A stretch of DNA of 61,420 bases, the filler included, from Sphacelaria rigidula (Eukaryota): assembly GCA_964200075.2 (NCBI GenBank). It is 10 parts of 10 records of this genome, joined end to end, with 100 filler letters (N's around TTAATTAATTAA, not from the genome) between each part and the next. Parts side by side here need not be neighbours in the genome. Positions count along the whole stretch, not along the records: positions 36,913 to 42,964 come from CAXNAA020022564.1; positions 43,065 to 49,116 come from CAXNAA020022565.1; positions 49,217 to 55,268 come from CAXNAA020022566.1; 7 more parts are not named here. One strand, given 5' to 3'. Below are positions 36,913 to 50,157 of this stretch, in pieces. The notes beneath the pieces were generated by a model. It ran no database searches and had not been told where the DNA came from. It saw nothing but the letters and a program-made list of their open reading frames with translations. Position 1 is the stretch's first letter. The number at the start of each line of letters is the position of its first letter. The position numbers and the translations under genes were made by a program.

Positions 36913-39900
36913 CTGGCCGGATCAGGGAGCCGCACGCTGACCTGTGGCAAGTGATCACTACCAAGTGTGCTTTCGATAGGGAGCAGATCTACTGGCCCGG
37001 GGTTACCTCTCGACCCTCGTGACCTGTCGTCCGTGACCTGATCTCCGACACGAATGACATCCAGCAGTGCACCCATCTGGCGAGGACAGAAACCCGAATA
37101 CTGACCTGTGGTCAGTTGTTCTTACCGGGTGTACGTTGAACAGAGAGCAGAAGTACTTGCCAGGTCTACTTTTCGGTCCTCCTGCCCTGACGTCCAACAT
37201 CGGGTCCCCGACACGACCGAGACCAGCAGTGCACCTTCCTGGCCGGATCAGGGAGCCGCACGTTGACCTGTGGCAAGTGATCACTACAAAGTGTGCTTTC
37301 GATAAAACGCAAATCTACAGGCCAGGGGTCACCTCTCGACCCTCGTGACCTGACGTCCGAGACCTGATCTCCGACACGAATGACATCCAGCAGTGCACCC
37401 CTCTGGTCGGGACAGGAACCCGAATATTGATCTGTGGTCAGTTGTTCCTTTCGAGTGTACATCGAATAGAGAGGGCAAGTACTTGCCAGGGCTCACCTTT
37501 TGGTCCTCCTGCCCTGACGTCCAACACCGGATCCCCGACACGACCGAGACCAGCAGTGCACCTTTTTGGTCGGATGAGGGACCCGCACGTTGACCTGTAG
37601 CAGGGATCACTACAAAGTGCGCTTTCGATAGGGAGCAGGTCTACTGGCTCGGGGTCACCTCTCGACCCTCAGGCCCTGACGTCCGTGACCTGATCTCCGA
37701 CACGAATGACATCCAGCAGTGCACCCCTCCGGCCGGGACAGATACCCGAATACTGACCTGTGGTCAGCTGTTTCTACCGCGTGTACGTTGAACAGAGAGC
37801 GGGTGTACTTGCCAGGGCTCACCTTTCGGTCCTCCCGCCCTGACCTCCAACATCAGGTCCCCGACACGACCGAGACCAGCAGTGCACCTTTCTCGCCGGA
37901 TCAGGGAGCCGCACGTTGACCTGTGGCAAGTGATCACTACAAAGTGTGCTTTCGACAGGGAGCAAATTTACCGGCCAGGGGTCACCTCTCGACCCTCGTG
38001 ACCTGACGTCCGAGATCTGATCTCCGACCGAATGACATCCAGCAGTGCACCCATTTCGCCAGGACAGGGACCCGAATACTGACCTATGGTCAGTTGTTCC
38101 TTCCTGGTGTACGTTGAACAGCGAGGGCAGGTACTTGCCAGGGCTCACCTGTCGGTCCTCCTGCCCTGACGTCCGATACCTGATCCCCGACACGACCGAG
38201 ACCAGCAGTGCACCCTTCTGGCCGGATCAGGGAGCCGCACGCTGACGTGTGGCAAGTAATCACTACAAAGTGTGCTTTAGATAGGAGGCAAATTTACCGG
38301 CCCGGGGTCACCTCTCGACCCTCGTGACCTGACGTCCGAGACCTGATCTCCGACACGAATGACATCCAGCAGTGCACCCATCTGGCCGGGATAGGAACCC
38401 GAATATCGACATGTGGTCAGCTGTACGTACCGGGTGTATGTTGAATAGAGAGGGCAAGTAGTTGCCAGGGCTCACCCTTTGGTCCTCCTGCCCTGACGTC
38501 CAACATCGGATCCCCGACACGACCGAGACCAGCAGGGCACCTTTCTGGCCGGATCAGGGAGCCGCACGTTGACCTGTGGCAAGTGATCACTACAAAGTGT
38601 GCTTTCGATAGGGAGCAGATCTACTGGCCCGGGGTCACCTCTCGACCCTCGTGACCTGTCGTCCGTGACCTGAACTCCGACACGAATGACATCCAGCAGT
38701 GCACCCCTCTGGCCGGGATAGGAACCCGAATATCGAAATGTGGTCAGCTGTACGTACCGGGTGTATCTTGAATAGAGAGGGCAAGTAGTTGCCAGGGCTC
38801 ACCTTTTGGTCCTCCTGCGCTGACGTCCAACATCGGATCCCCGACACGACCGAGACCAGCAGGGCACCTTTCCGGCCGGATCAGGGAGCCGCACGTTCAC
38901 CTGTGGCAAGTGATCACTACAAAGTGTGCTTTCGATACGGAGCAGATCTACTGGCCAGGGGTCACCTCTCGACCCTCAGGCCCTGACGTCCGAGACCTGA
39001 TTTCCGACACGAATGACATCCAGCAGTGCACCCCTCTGGCCGGGACAGATACCCGAATACTGACCTGTTCTCAGCTGTTCTTATCGCGTGTACGTTGAAC
39101 AGAGAGCGGAAGTACTTGCCAGGGCTCACCTTTTGGTCCTCCTGCGCTGACGTCCAACATCGGATCCCCGACACGACCGAGACCAGCAGTGCACCTTTCT
39201 GGCCGGATCAGGGAGCCGCACGTTGACCTGTGGCAAGTGATCACTACAAAGTGTGCTTTAGATAGGAGGCAAATTTACCGGCCCGGGGTCACCTCTCGAC
39301 CCTCGTGACCTGACCTCCGAGATCTGATCCCCGACACGAGTGACATCCAGCAGTGCACCCATCTGGCCGGGATAGGAACCCGATATCGACATGCGGTGAG
39401 CTGTTCGTACCGGGTGTATGTTGAATAGAGAGGGCAAGTACTTGCCAGGGCACACCTTTTGGTCCTCCTGCCCCGACATCCAACATCGGATCCCCGACAC
39501 GACCGAGACCAGCAGTGCACCTTTTTGGCCGGATCAGGGAGCCGCACGTTCACCTGTGGCGAGTGATCAATACAAAGTGTGCTTTCGATAGGGAGCAGAT
39601 CTACTGGCCAGGGGTCACCTCTCGACCCTCAGGCCCTGACGTCCGAGACCTGATATCCGACACGAATGACATCCAGCAGTGCACCCCTCTGGCCGGGACA
39701 GATACCCGAATACTGACCTGTGGTCAGCTGTTCCTACCGCGTGTACGTTGAACAGAGAGCGGAAGTACTTGCCAGGTCTCACCTTTTGGTCCTCCTGCGC
39801 TGACCTCCAACATCGGGTCCCCGACACGACTGAGACCAGCAGTGCACCTTCCCGGCCGGATCAGGGAGCCGCACGTTGACCTGTGGCAAGTGATCACTAC

Positions 39901-42900
39901 GAAGTGTGCTTTTGATAGGGAGCAAATTTACCGGCCAGGGCTTAACTCTCGACCCTCGTGACCTGCCGTCCGAGACCTGATCTCCGACACGAATGACTTC
40001 CAGCAGTGCACCGTTTCTGTCGGGACAGGAACCCGAATATCGGCATGTGGCCAGTTGTTCTTATCCCGTGTACGTTAAACACAGAGCAAAAGTACTTGCC
40101 AGGGCTCACCTTTCGGTCCCCCTGCTCTGACGTTCAACATCGGACCCCCAACACGACCGAGACCAGCAGTGCACCTTTTTGGCCGGATCAGGGAGCCGCA
40201 CGTTGACCTGTGGCAAGTGATCACTACAAAGTGAGGTTTCGATAGGGAGCAGATCTACTGGCCCGGGGTCACCTCTTGACCCTCGGGCCCTGACGTCCTA
40301 GACCTGATCTGCGGCACGAATGACATCCAGCAGTGCACCCCTCTGGCCGGAACAGAGACCCGAATACTGACCTGTTCTCAGCTGTTCCTACCGCGTGTAT
40401 GTTGAACAGAGAGCGGGTGTACTTGCCAGGTCTACCTTTCGGTCCTCCTGCGCTGACGTCCAACATCGGGTCCCCGACACGAGCCAGACCAGCAGTGCAC
40501 CTTCCTGGCCGGATCAGGGAGCCGCACGTTGACCTGTGGCAAGTGATCACTACGAAGTGTGCTTTCGATAGGAAGCAGATCTACCGGCCGGGGGTTACCT
40601 TTCGACCCTCGTGACCTGACGTCCGAGACCTTATCTCCGACACGAATGACATCCAGCAGTGCACCCCTCTGGCCGGGACAGGAACCCGAATATCAACATG
40701 TGGTTAGCTGTTCCTACCGGGCGTACGTTGGATAGAGAGGGCAAGTACATGCCAGGGCTCACCTTTTGGTCCTCCTGCCGTGACGTCCAACATCAGGTCC
40801 CCGACACGACCGAGACCAGCAGTGCACCTTTCTGGCCGGATCAGGGAGCCGCACGCTGACGTGTGGCAAGTAATCACTACAAAGTGTGCTTTCGATAGGA
40901 GGCAAATTTACCGGCCCGGGGTCACCTCTCGACCCTCGTGACCTGACGTCCGAGATCTGATCTCCGACACGAATGACATCCAGCAGTGCACCCATCTGGC
41001 CGGGATAGGAACCCGATATCGACATGTGGTCAGCTGTTCGTACCGGGTGTATGTTGAATAGAGAGGGCAAGTACTTGCCAGGGCTCACCCTTTAGTCCTC
41101 CTGCCCCGACGTCCGAGACCTGATCCCCGACACGACCGAGACCAGCAGTGCACCTTTTTGGCCTGATCAGGGAGCCGCACGTTCACCTGTGGCAAGTGAT
41201 CACTACAAAGTGTGCTTTCGATAGGGAGCAGATCTACTGGCCCCGGGGTTACCTCTCGACCCTCGTGACCTGACGTCCGAGACCTGATCTCCGACACGAA
41301 TGACATCCAGCTGTGCACCCATCTGGCCGGGACAGGAACCCGAATACTGACCTGTGGTCAGTTGTTCCTTTCGGGTGTACGTTGAATAGAGAGGGCAAGT
41401 ACTTGCCAGCGCCCACCTTTTGGTCTTCCTGCCCTGACATCCAACATCGGGTCCCCGACACGACCGAGACCAGCGGTGCACCTTCCTCGCCGGATCAGGG
41501 AGCCGCACGCTGACCTGTGGCAAGTGATCACTACAAAGTGTGCTTTCGATAGGAGGCAAATCTACTGTCCAGGGGTCACCTCTCGACCCTTGTGGCCTGA
41601 CGTCCGAGACCTGACCTCCGACACGAATAACATCCAGCAGTGCACCCTTCTGGCCGGGACAGGAACCCGAATACTGACCTGTCGTCAGTTGTTCCTTCCG
41701 AGTGTACATTGGATAGAGAGGGCAAGTACTTGCCAGGGCTCACCTTTTGGTCCTCTCGCCCTGACGTCCGAGACCTGATCCCCGACACGACCGAGACCAG
41801 CAGTGCACCTTCCTGGCCGGATCAGGGAGCCGCACGTTGACCTGTGGCAAGTGATCACTACGAAGTGTGCTTTCGATAGGAGGCAAATCTACTGGACCGG
41901 GGTCACTTTCGACCCTCACGCCCTGACGTCCGAGACCTGATATCCGACACGAATGACATCCAGCAGTGCACCCCTCTGACCGGGACAGGAACCCCAATAC
42001 TGACCTGTGGTCAGCTGTTCCTACCGCATGTATGTTGAACAGAGAGCGGGTGTACTTGCCAGGGCTCACCTTTCGGTCCTCCTGCCCTGACGTCCAACAT
42101 CGGGTCCCCGACACGACCGAGACCAGCAGTGCACCTTTCTCGCCGGATCAGGGAGCCGCACGTTGACCTGTGGCAAGTGATCACTACAAAGTGCGCTTTC
42201 GATGGGGAGCAGATCTACTGGCCCCGGGGTCACCTCTCGACCCTCGTGACCTGACGTCCGAGACCTGATCTCCGACACGAATGACATCCAGCAGTGCACC
42301 CATCTGGCCGGGACAGGAACCCGAATACTGACCTGTGGTCAGTTGTTCCTTTCGGGTGTGCGTTGAATAGAGAGGGCAAGTACTTGCCAGCGCCCACCCT
42401 TTGGTCCTCCTGCCCTGACGTCCAACATCGGGTCCCCGACACGACCGAGACCAGCGGTGCACCTTCCTCGCCGGATCAGGGAGCCGCACGCTGACCTGTG
42501 GCAAGTGATCACCACAAAGTGTGCTTTCGATAGGAGGCAAATCTACTGGCCAGGGGTTACCTCTCGACCCTTGTGGCCTGACGTCCGAGACCTGACCTCC
42601 GACACGAATGACATCCAGCAGTGCACCCCTCTGGCCGGGACAGGAACCCGAATACTGACCTGTCGTCATTTGTTCCTCCCGAGTGTACATTGAATAGAGA
42701 GGGCAAGTACTTGCCAGGGCTCACCTTTTGGTCCTCTCGCGCTGACGTCCGATACCTGATCCCCGACACGACCGAGACCAGCAGGGCACCTTTCTGGCCG
42801 GATCAGGGAGCCGCACGTTGACCTGTGGCAAGTGATCACTACGAAGTGTGCTTTCGATAGGAGGCAAATCTACTGGACCGGGGTCACTTTCGACCCTCAC

Positions 42901-42964
42901 GCCCTGACGTCCGAGACCTGATATCCGACACGAATGACATCCAGCAGTGCACCCCTCTGACCGG
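36913..42964. repeat. Tandem satellite array, ~18.5 copies of a 326-328 bp (mode 327) monomer built from two diverged ~163-bp halves
   Basis: Anchor GTGCACC recurs at 37067, 37393, 37719, 38045 ... 41313, 41640, 41966, 42294, 42621. CCGACACGA..GA...CCAGCAGTGCACC occurs twice per monomer. Array fills the whole contig. Confidence 0.97.
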
Positions 42965-44625
42965 NNNNNNNNNNNNNNNNNNNNNNNNNNNNNNNNNNNN
43001 NNNNNNNNTTAATTAATTAANNNNNNNNNNNNNNNNNNNNNNNNNNNNNNNNNNNNNNNNNNNNGGGGGGGAAGCACTGTTTTAGGCTTGAACCTCATCT
43101 CGGAGTTAAACCTTAATCCGCACAATTTGTTGTTTTCAGGTTTGTACAAAACACCAGTGCACAAAGGCACACTGTTGTTCATAGCCAGCCGTTGTCGCTG
43201 ACCTAAGCTCCTGCCAAATCAGCACGCGCTGCTGCTCTTATTCTTCAGTATCGACTGTACGCGAATATTGTATCTTTCCTTCGCGAAATTACCGAACAAG
43301 TACAACCCGTGCTCTCACATTATGACAACGGGCACCTGTACACGAAATTTGGACTCGTTCCGGCACTTTCACTTCGTTGCTTGTAGCTACCTTGTTGTTG
43401 TTGTAGCTTTAGCTTCGTTCCTTGTGGATAATTTCTTGTTGTTGTTGTCCTCTTCTCTACTTCGCACAACCGAAGGGCAACGCGATACATCACTGCGGTA
43501 AGTGACAATACGCAGCATAACATACTGTGAGTGTTTCTCCTTTGACCCCTTCTCGAACGAAAAAATGTATTGTTCCGAGACGGTTTCGTTGAAATATTAC
43601 TAGTTGAAACAATTCGACCTCCGTTACGTGCTCATTTAAACAGACAACACTCGAAATCGGTGCCCCTTTCCTGTGCACTACAATATTTTCGGCACCCGCT
43701 CTCAGCGTTGCCCCTGTTGTGCATCACATCACCTTTGTTCCACATACATACGTTGTCTCAACTTCGTTGGATAAAAAGCCTTCGCTCTGCACTACGCAGT
43801 CCGATTTCGCGGTCTACAATTCAAGCTTTGAAAAGCTTTTTTGCTGCCTTACGCTGCACAGTTTTCGTGCCCATCTGAGAATATATATATATATATATAT
43901 AATTCTTTTCATTTGCACACAGCCAGTCGTCCCTCAACTTGTGCTGGGATCATACAGTTATAGTCTTCCCGTGACGTTACACCGGAACACGTGTAAGTTG
44001 TCCTTTCACGTACCAACGCTGCTACAGACAATCGGGTCTTCGCTTGTCTTCGACGACATACGTCTGTTCTATGCACAACCCCGTGCTAGCCATTACCGGC
44101 ACAACTTGAATAAAGTTGTATTAATCAGACCCCGGACACAGTTGTTACAAACAGCAATTCGCGAATAAATGACTCAAGTAAATCAAGTCCCACGGTCCCC
44201 TCAGGCGCTATTAGGCTTCATTATCCAGTATTTCCGGATACAAACTTCGGCTTTTGCACGTAGCATCTGTTGGTGTCACGCTCCTTTGATTAGAGCCCGC
44301 AGATCAGACACACTGCACCTTCCTTTTTAAGCACAAAGGCTGCGTACGATTATCATGTGACACAGAAATAACGCTGGCTCTTCCCTTCAATTGGGAAACC
44401 AACCGCTTCGCCGGACCCGGAGTCAAACTACTGGCGGTTCGCAATCTTTAAGGAAGAGTGGTACGTCACCTTCAACTCATCGCCGCACGTATGCGAGCGC
44501 TGTTCGATCTTCGGGATCTGAAGACCAACTTTCGAGCGGAGCTCGTTTTCGACTTCGACGCCGAGACCTGTTCTCTCACGTTTTGACCCGGACTCAGCGA
44601 ACATGGTAGTGCAACCGGCCGAGTC

Positions 44626-47600
44626 ATGGTCCCTGACGGACATGTCAGTGAGCCCATAACAGTGGATTCCGTCGCACACCCCTCGCTGGCCCCTGCCCTC
44701 CCGAATCCCAATGTGGAATCCGGAGTTGGCATTGTGCCCCCAGTCGAATCGTTGCCCCTGGACACACGTGTCCAGTTTGGCCCTGTACCGGTTGCTTCAA
44801 CCTTGGCATCCCGTCGCTTGACGGCTGCCAACTCTCGAGACGATTCTGTCCCGACGAAGCGCATCGTTTCTGGAGCAAGAGACTATGTCACACGGGCTAC
44901 TTCCGTTACGGACCCCCTTCGCACGACTCTCGATAGTCCCATGCGCCCTACTGCACAATCCAATGTCGGACCGGCAGTTGCGGCCATGCATGCTGCCATG
45001 CAAACTCTGCATCGCACCTCCTCGGCGTCGTCGCCATCGCCAGCGCCAGCCCTCATCGAGGCATTTACAGCCTTTTGCCACGCAACGCTTCAAGATCAAT
45101 CGGCGTCTGCTCATGTGCAATTCTATGATGATTCTGCACCTGCCACACGCCTGAACCCGTACGTCTGGCGTCCCGTTCGGCGACATCGCGCCCCCCAATC
45201 GTCACTCATGAGTCCAGCCCTTCCTCAAGGTCGCAGCAGAGCCTTACTCGCACTTCTGCCCGGCGCCGCACACCCAGACTTGGTCACGACCACGTCTCTC
45301 GTTCTGGCAGTTATGAGGTCAACTCCCAGCAAAGCTTGAATTCATCGCGCGTTTCAACACGTCCGAAGAACGTCCCTCGTGGTTACACTTACGACGGCGG
45401 TTCACGTCACAGCTCCAACTCATCACGCGCTCCCCAGCGCCCGGTGAATGCTAACTGTGAACGTACTCAAGAGGATGCCTTGCGGCACAGATCAAGGTCT
45501 TCGCGCGTTAACTCGCGCTCGAAAAACACCGATCATGCACCCTCAAGCACCTCTCCTGCTCAGCAATTGTCACACAGCCGTCATGTACGCAATGATAACA
45601 CTGTACATGCTGATGATATCCACAATATCTTTTCGGACATGTCACCGGCTCTGAAATCCTCAATTGAGGGATCTAGCCGCACCTCATCGCACAAGCGACG
45701 ACCACGCACTGACCACGAACCACCGTCCCGTTCCGGCGCTGCGCTTATTCGTTCTCTACAACAACGTTTGACAGATCTTGAACGACAACTCGCAACAGCA
45801 ACCATGGACATCAAATGCACTACCGCTGCTGCTAAGCCTACGAGGAAGACCACCAACGCCGCTCCCACTACCGCCGCAGCCGCCACTACCGTGGTCGCTG
45901 CGCCTTCTGCCGCAGCCACTGCAGCCACGGTCCCAACTCCTGCTGCCGCCCAGCCTGCAGTAGACACAAATGCGGATAGTAGTCCCACCACTGGCCCTGT
46001 CGGGGACGTCTCCGTGCGCTCGCCTCTTTCGGTGGAGGATCTTCCTCCGCTCGGCGACGAGCATTGCCCTAACGGGCTTCTGTTGAGGTTATTCAGGGGC
46101 CGCCCCCGCGCGGAACAAGAAAAGCTCATTCACGACTATGCGTACCAAGCCCCGGCGCTAGCCCGCAATATACTCGACCAGCAACGAGATGCTGACGAGG
46201 CCGCCGCCCGCCCCCTTTTGGAGGAACATGTTGCCAAGCTGGAGGATTTTCAGCCACAGGCTTTCATCGCCTACGCCACCAAGACGGCGGCGCACAGGGC
46301 ATTGCAGGAAGGGAAGACTGCAGCCTTGACGGCACAGAGGGGGGTTCGCGAGCTACAAGATTATGTTCGGCGCACTATGCAGAAAGAGATTCGCCGATGG
46401 CGCGAGTGACTCACCATCAAGCCTCCCCGCCGCCTTCCGCCGACCACTTGCTCGACACTCGACCTCCTCGACAGCCCACGCCCACCAGGTCGGAGTCCGA
46501 CAGGGCGTCATCTGTCGCGGCCGCCGCCGCCCCCACACGGCCTCGTGCACCTGGCCCGGCGGTAACTACCAGCCCCACCACAGGCCTGCAACTTGCACCA
46601 CACGAACGAGTGTGGCTTTCTCGGTCTACGGCCGATTATCCCGGCCCCTTCCAGCGCCGCAACCATCTCAACTGCTCCCGCCATGCTTGGAACAACATTT
46701 CACAACGCATGTTAGCCGTCATTGGTGGTTACGTGGACCAGGGCAGCTTCTTCCCGGACGAAGGAATGTCGGCGATCACTTTGGGTCAATTGGTCCTTCA
46801 CGCGACTATCGGGAATAGTCCGCATATCCAGCGTTCCGTTAACACTGTCAACGATCTTCGTGCGGCGCTACGCGCCGCTTCTGACTCTCATCCCGGCGCT
46901 CCCATCGACGGCGACGAAGATGAAGATGAATGGACTCCCGCAACATCCACCTGCCGGGGACAGAAGAAAAATCACCGGCGCGACGACGATGACAACGATG
47001 AAGGGAATTCACGCCGCCGCCATGGCGGTGGAGGGTCCTCTTCGGGCGGTTCCGGACCAACCCGCCCGCCTCGCAAGCCGAAAGGCAAAATACAAAGTTA
47101 ACTCGTCCGGATCATCCGCGTCGGCCTGGAACCGATCCGGTGCAGATCTTCCCGCCTCGGGTTCGGCGACCCCCAGGCAAGTGGTTCCTAAGTTGGCTGA
47201 AGTCTCGGCCCGCATTTAAGGTCTGTCCGATACGGATACACCTGACCGTCCCTTATCTTCTACTGCAACCCGCGCTTTAGCAACCGCCGCGGCTGACAAA
47301 GAACGTTCGGAAGCTAGCAAAAAAGTAGCTGCCGATAGAACTAAGTCTACTCGAGTAGCTGCAATACAGAGACAGTATATTCAGATGGATGTGAAAAACC
47401 TCTGGCACATCAAAACCATGCCTGCCACGGATAACGAAGATTCGGGCCAGTTTACTTCTGCCCTCATCACGGCCATCCGCCGCACTGTTTGTAACATCCT
47501 TCACTTGGCGGATGTGACTGGCACACAACGTTTCGAATACTCCGACTGGGTAGAGGGCTGGCAGACTCCCTTGCACAAAGCAATGCATCGATCGATTAGC

Positions 47601-49116
47601 CGTCGCTCTCCCGACCTCGCTGCTTCTTTCACGCAGGTTCTCGACGGAGTCCTCGCAGAGATGGACCCGGATCGTGCCAAGGGGAAGACAGGCCCGGTAC
47701 TACTCTCTGATTTGGAGAGGCCTCTGATCGGTTACTTCGATAAAAGTGACCAGGCTAGTGTCATCCAGAGGCTGAGTTCCTTTGTTGTCGCCTCTGATGT
47801 CCCCTTCGCGAATGATCTCCGCGAATTTAAGCTTTTGGTTTCGGGTACGATGGGTGTCGGACGTCAGAACGGACCGAGTGACGTAATGTGTCAGACTTAC
47901 GTTTGCAATAGCGTTGCTCAACAGTATCCGGCTCTGATGCCGTCGTTGTTTCTGGGTGTTTTGGCGCATCGCGAGGTGCCTTACGCCTCCGTTGATACTA
48001 TGTGGTCTACTTTTGTGCACCAAGAGGGTAATCTAACGCCTGCCATACGTGGCAAACCTTCAACGTCTGTGCGTTCACAACCTACGGTTGTGTCCTCCGC
48101 CCATGCCCAAGGGGCTCGCGGTAGGAGTTCGAGCTCGTCTCGCGCTTCATGAACCCCCGACTCAGTCGCCGGTTCAGTAATGCATGTTCAGAGTACCAGC
48201 GATTATGCATTTAGCGCGAGTTTTGACGGTTGGCCGTTTTCCGAGGAAACTTGGGATGATGTTTATTTGACTTCAACAACGGCATTCATAACTGAAAACC
48301 CCCATTTATGGAACCCACTTTTTTCGTCTCCCGCTCGACGCAATGCCTTCAGCAGTCATGCCAACAGTTGCATCAACTGTAGCGTTCATAGCCACAGCAT
48401 GCGCGGTGGTGACAGTCCATGCATCAATGCCTTTGATCTCATGAACCCCGAATTGCAGGACAATGAACCCGGGAGGCGCCGATGGCAAAACCTCATGCGC
48501 GACTATCGTCCACCAACTCGAAATTACCGCAACAATTCGAACCAACGGGGCAATAAAAACTCTAATCGCGGTCGCCGACACAACAACAATCACGGAAGCC
48601 CTCGCCAGAACGATCGAAATTCTCGCGACAACAAACATTCCGCTCATAGACACCAGCGGTCGGGACCGACACAAAGTTGTAACCCCAATACCAGAAACCC
48701 TGGTACCTTCACTACGGATCGCTTAGATCCATGACGTGCAGACGCCGGCGTTCTTCGGCCTTCCACCCCGTCGATAGCACGATCGAAGACTTTCTCAGCA
48801 CAGCCCGCGGAGTCCGTGTCAAAAATTGCTCACTCGACTCTCCCGGCACTATCCAGGAGCGTAACTGACGGCCGTTCATATCGACCCCCGTCTCGAAGCT
48901 CTACACAATTTTCAGCACCGCCCGCAGAGCCCGCGACTAAGATTATCCGCCCGGATCTCCCGGCACTATGTAGGAGCGCAACTGACGGCCGTTCAAATCG
49001 ACCCCTGTCTTCGTCCCTCCACACACCGCGTAACAGTTGTGACCCCCCGCGACTCAGACGTACACCCGGCACTGAACTTGGTCCTTCAGTACCGAGTATA
49101 AGTCTGAGGTGTGGGA
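44626..49116 (+). mobile_element. Intronless multi-ORF region ending in a gag-like ORF with zinc knuckle; probable 5' part of a retroelement (possibly tyrosine-recombinase Ngaro/DIRS type)
   Basis: Consecutive same-strand ORFs 44626-45339, 45336-46409, 46397-47101, 47385-48152 and 48180-48734. CINCSVHSHSMRGG fits CX2CX4HX4C with the last Cys lost, followed by an N/R-rich tail. No RT or recombinase before the contig ends. Confidence 0.5.
47385..48734 (+). pseudogene. Gag-like ORF split by one in-frame stop
   Basis: ORFs 47385-48152 and 48180-48734 are in the same frame, separated by TGA at 48150-48152. Globular-looking domain, then degenerate CCHC knuckle and basic tail. Confidence 0.5.
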
Positions 49117-49216
49117 NNNNNNNNNNNNNNNNNNNNNNNNNNNNNNNNNNNNNNNNNNNNTTAATTAATTAANNNNNNNNNNNNNNNNNNNNNNNNNNNN
49201 NNNNNNNNNNNNNNNN

Positions 49217-49436
49217 AAGTGGTCGCCGTAGGCGACCAGGGCCTCGGGGGATGTTGGACCGTCCTATATTAGGCTCTTCCTGGCATCACCCCGAGTTGTC
49301 TAGTTACGTCGGCATTACAGGGTCCTCGGGAATCTGGTCCATTCGGACCGTTCCTACTTGTACCTGCTTGCTCTGGCTCTTGATACACGTGTTGTCTCAG
49401 TCTCTGATATGTCATTGCAAAGATGTATTCCCGACA
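49217..49436 (-). mobile_element. Partial LTR related to the 13429-13748 LTR family
   Basis: Reverse complement TGTCGGGAATACATCTTTGCAATGACATATCAGAGACTGA...CTGTAATGCCGACGTAACTAGAC...CCCCCGAGGCCCTGGTCGCC aligns with the 5' LTR. No adjacent PPT, so it is a 5' or solo LTR. Confidence 0.85.
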
Positions 49437-50157
49437 TATATGCGTATATATTCCGAGGCTTCTCACGCTACGTGTAGCAGCGGACGTGTCACGTCATCAC
49501 ACGTTTCCTCCTCCATGAGTGACTAGTGTCGACCACTGTCCTCTGCGTGTTTTCGGTCGGGTGAGTTCTTCTTCATAACTAATTTTCCAATAACTCACCA
49601 GTGAGGTGTAGCAGCATCACTCTGCGGTGCCCATTCTGGCCGGGTGGATTGTAAACTATAACTCATTTATGCAAAATCTGACCTGGTAAGTTATAAACTA
49701 TAGCTGTTCTGCGCATTCTGACCGGGTGAGTCATAAACTCTACCTCATCGATGCATATATTGGTCAGGTGAGTTGTACAGTAGAACTCAGCGGTAGTTTT
49801 TGAACGCATAAATAGCTGGAAAACTTTGACGACAGTTCTACTGCTTCGACTCATCCAATGCGACTACGATCTGCTGGCAACGTGGACCACATTACATCAT
49901 CTCGAACTACTCAACAGCAGTTCCGAGAACTACGCAAACTAGCCCTGACGGCAGAACATTCCCCGGTGCACATTCTGGCCGAGTGATTTATGAAAGACAA
50001 CTCATCGATGCAAACCTTGGCCAAGTGAGCTAAACAGTAAAACGCAGCGGTGCAAACTTTGGCCAGGTGAGTCATAGAGCATAACTCAGCGATGCACGTT
50101 CTGGCCCGGTGAGTTATACAGCATAGCTGACTTAAATCATGAGTTGTCCGACGTGTG
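49437..50157 (-). mobile_element. Partial copy of CACACGTCGGAC-TIR element with ~40-bp minisatellite, abutting the LTR
   Basis: Ends GAGTTGTCCGACGTGTG. 49437-49640 is an inverted homologue of ~51860-52070. Tandem units like TGCACATTCTGGCCGGGTGAGTTATAAACTATAACTCAGCGG. Confidence 0.75.

Noticed and set aside
36913..42964. Satellite as a repeat-protein gene or CRISPR-like array (many recurring 66-168 aa ORFs)
   Set aside because: Monomers vary by single-base indels (326/327/328), the halves are not multiples of 3, stops recur in most units, and there are no unique spacers.
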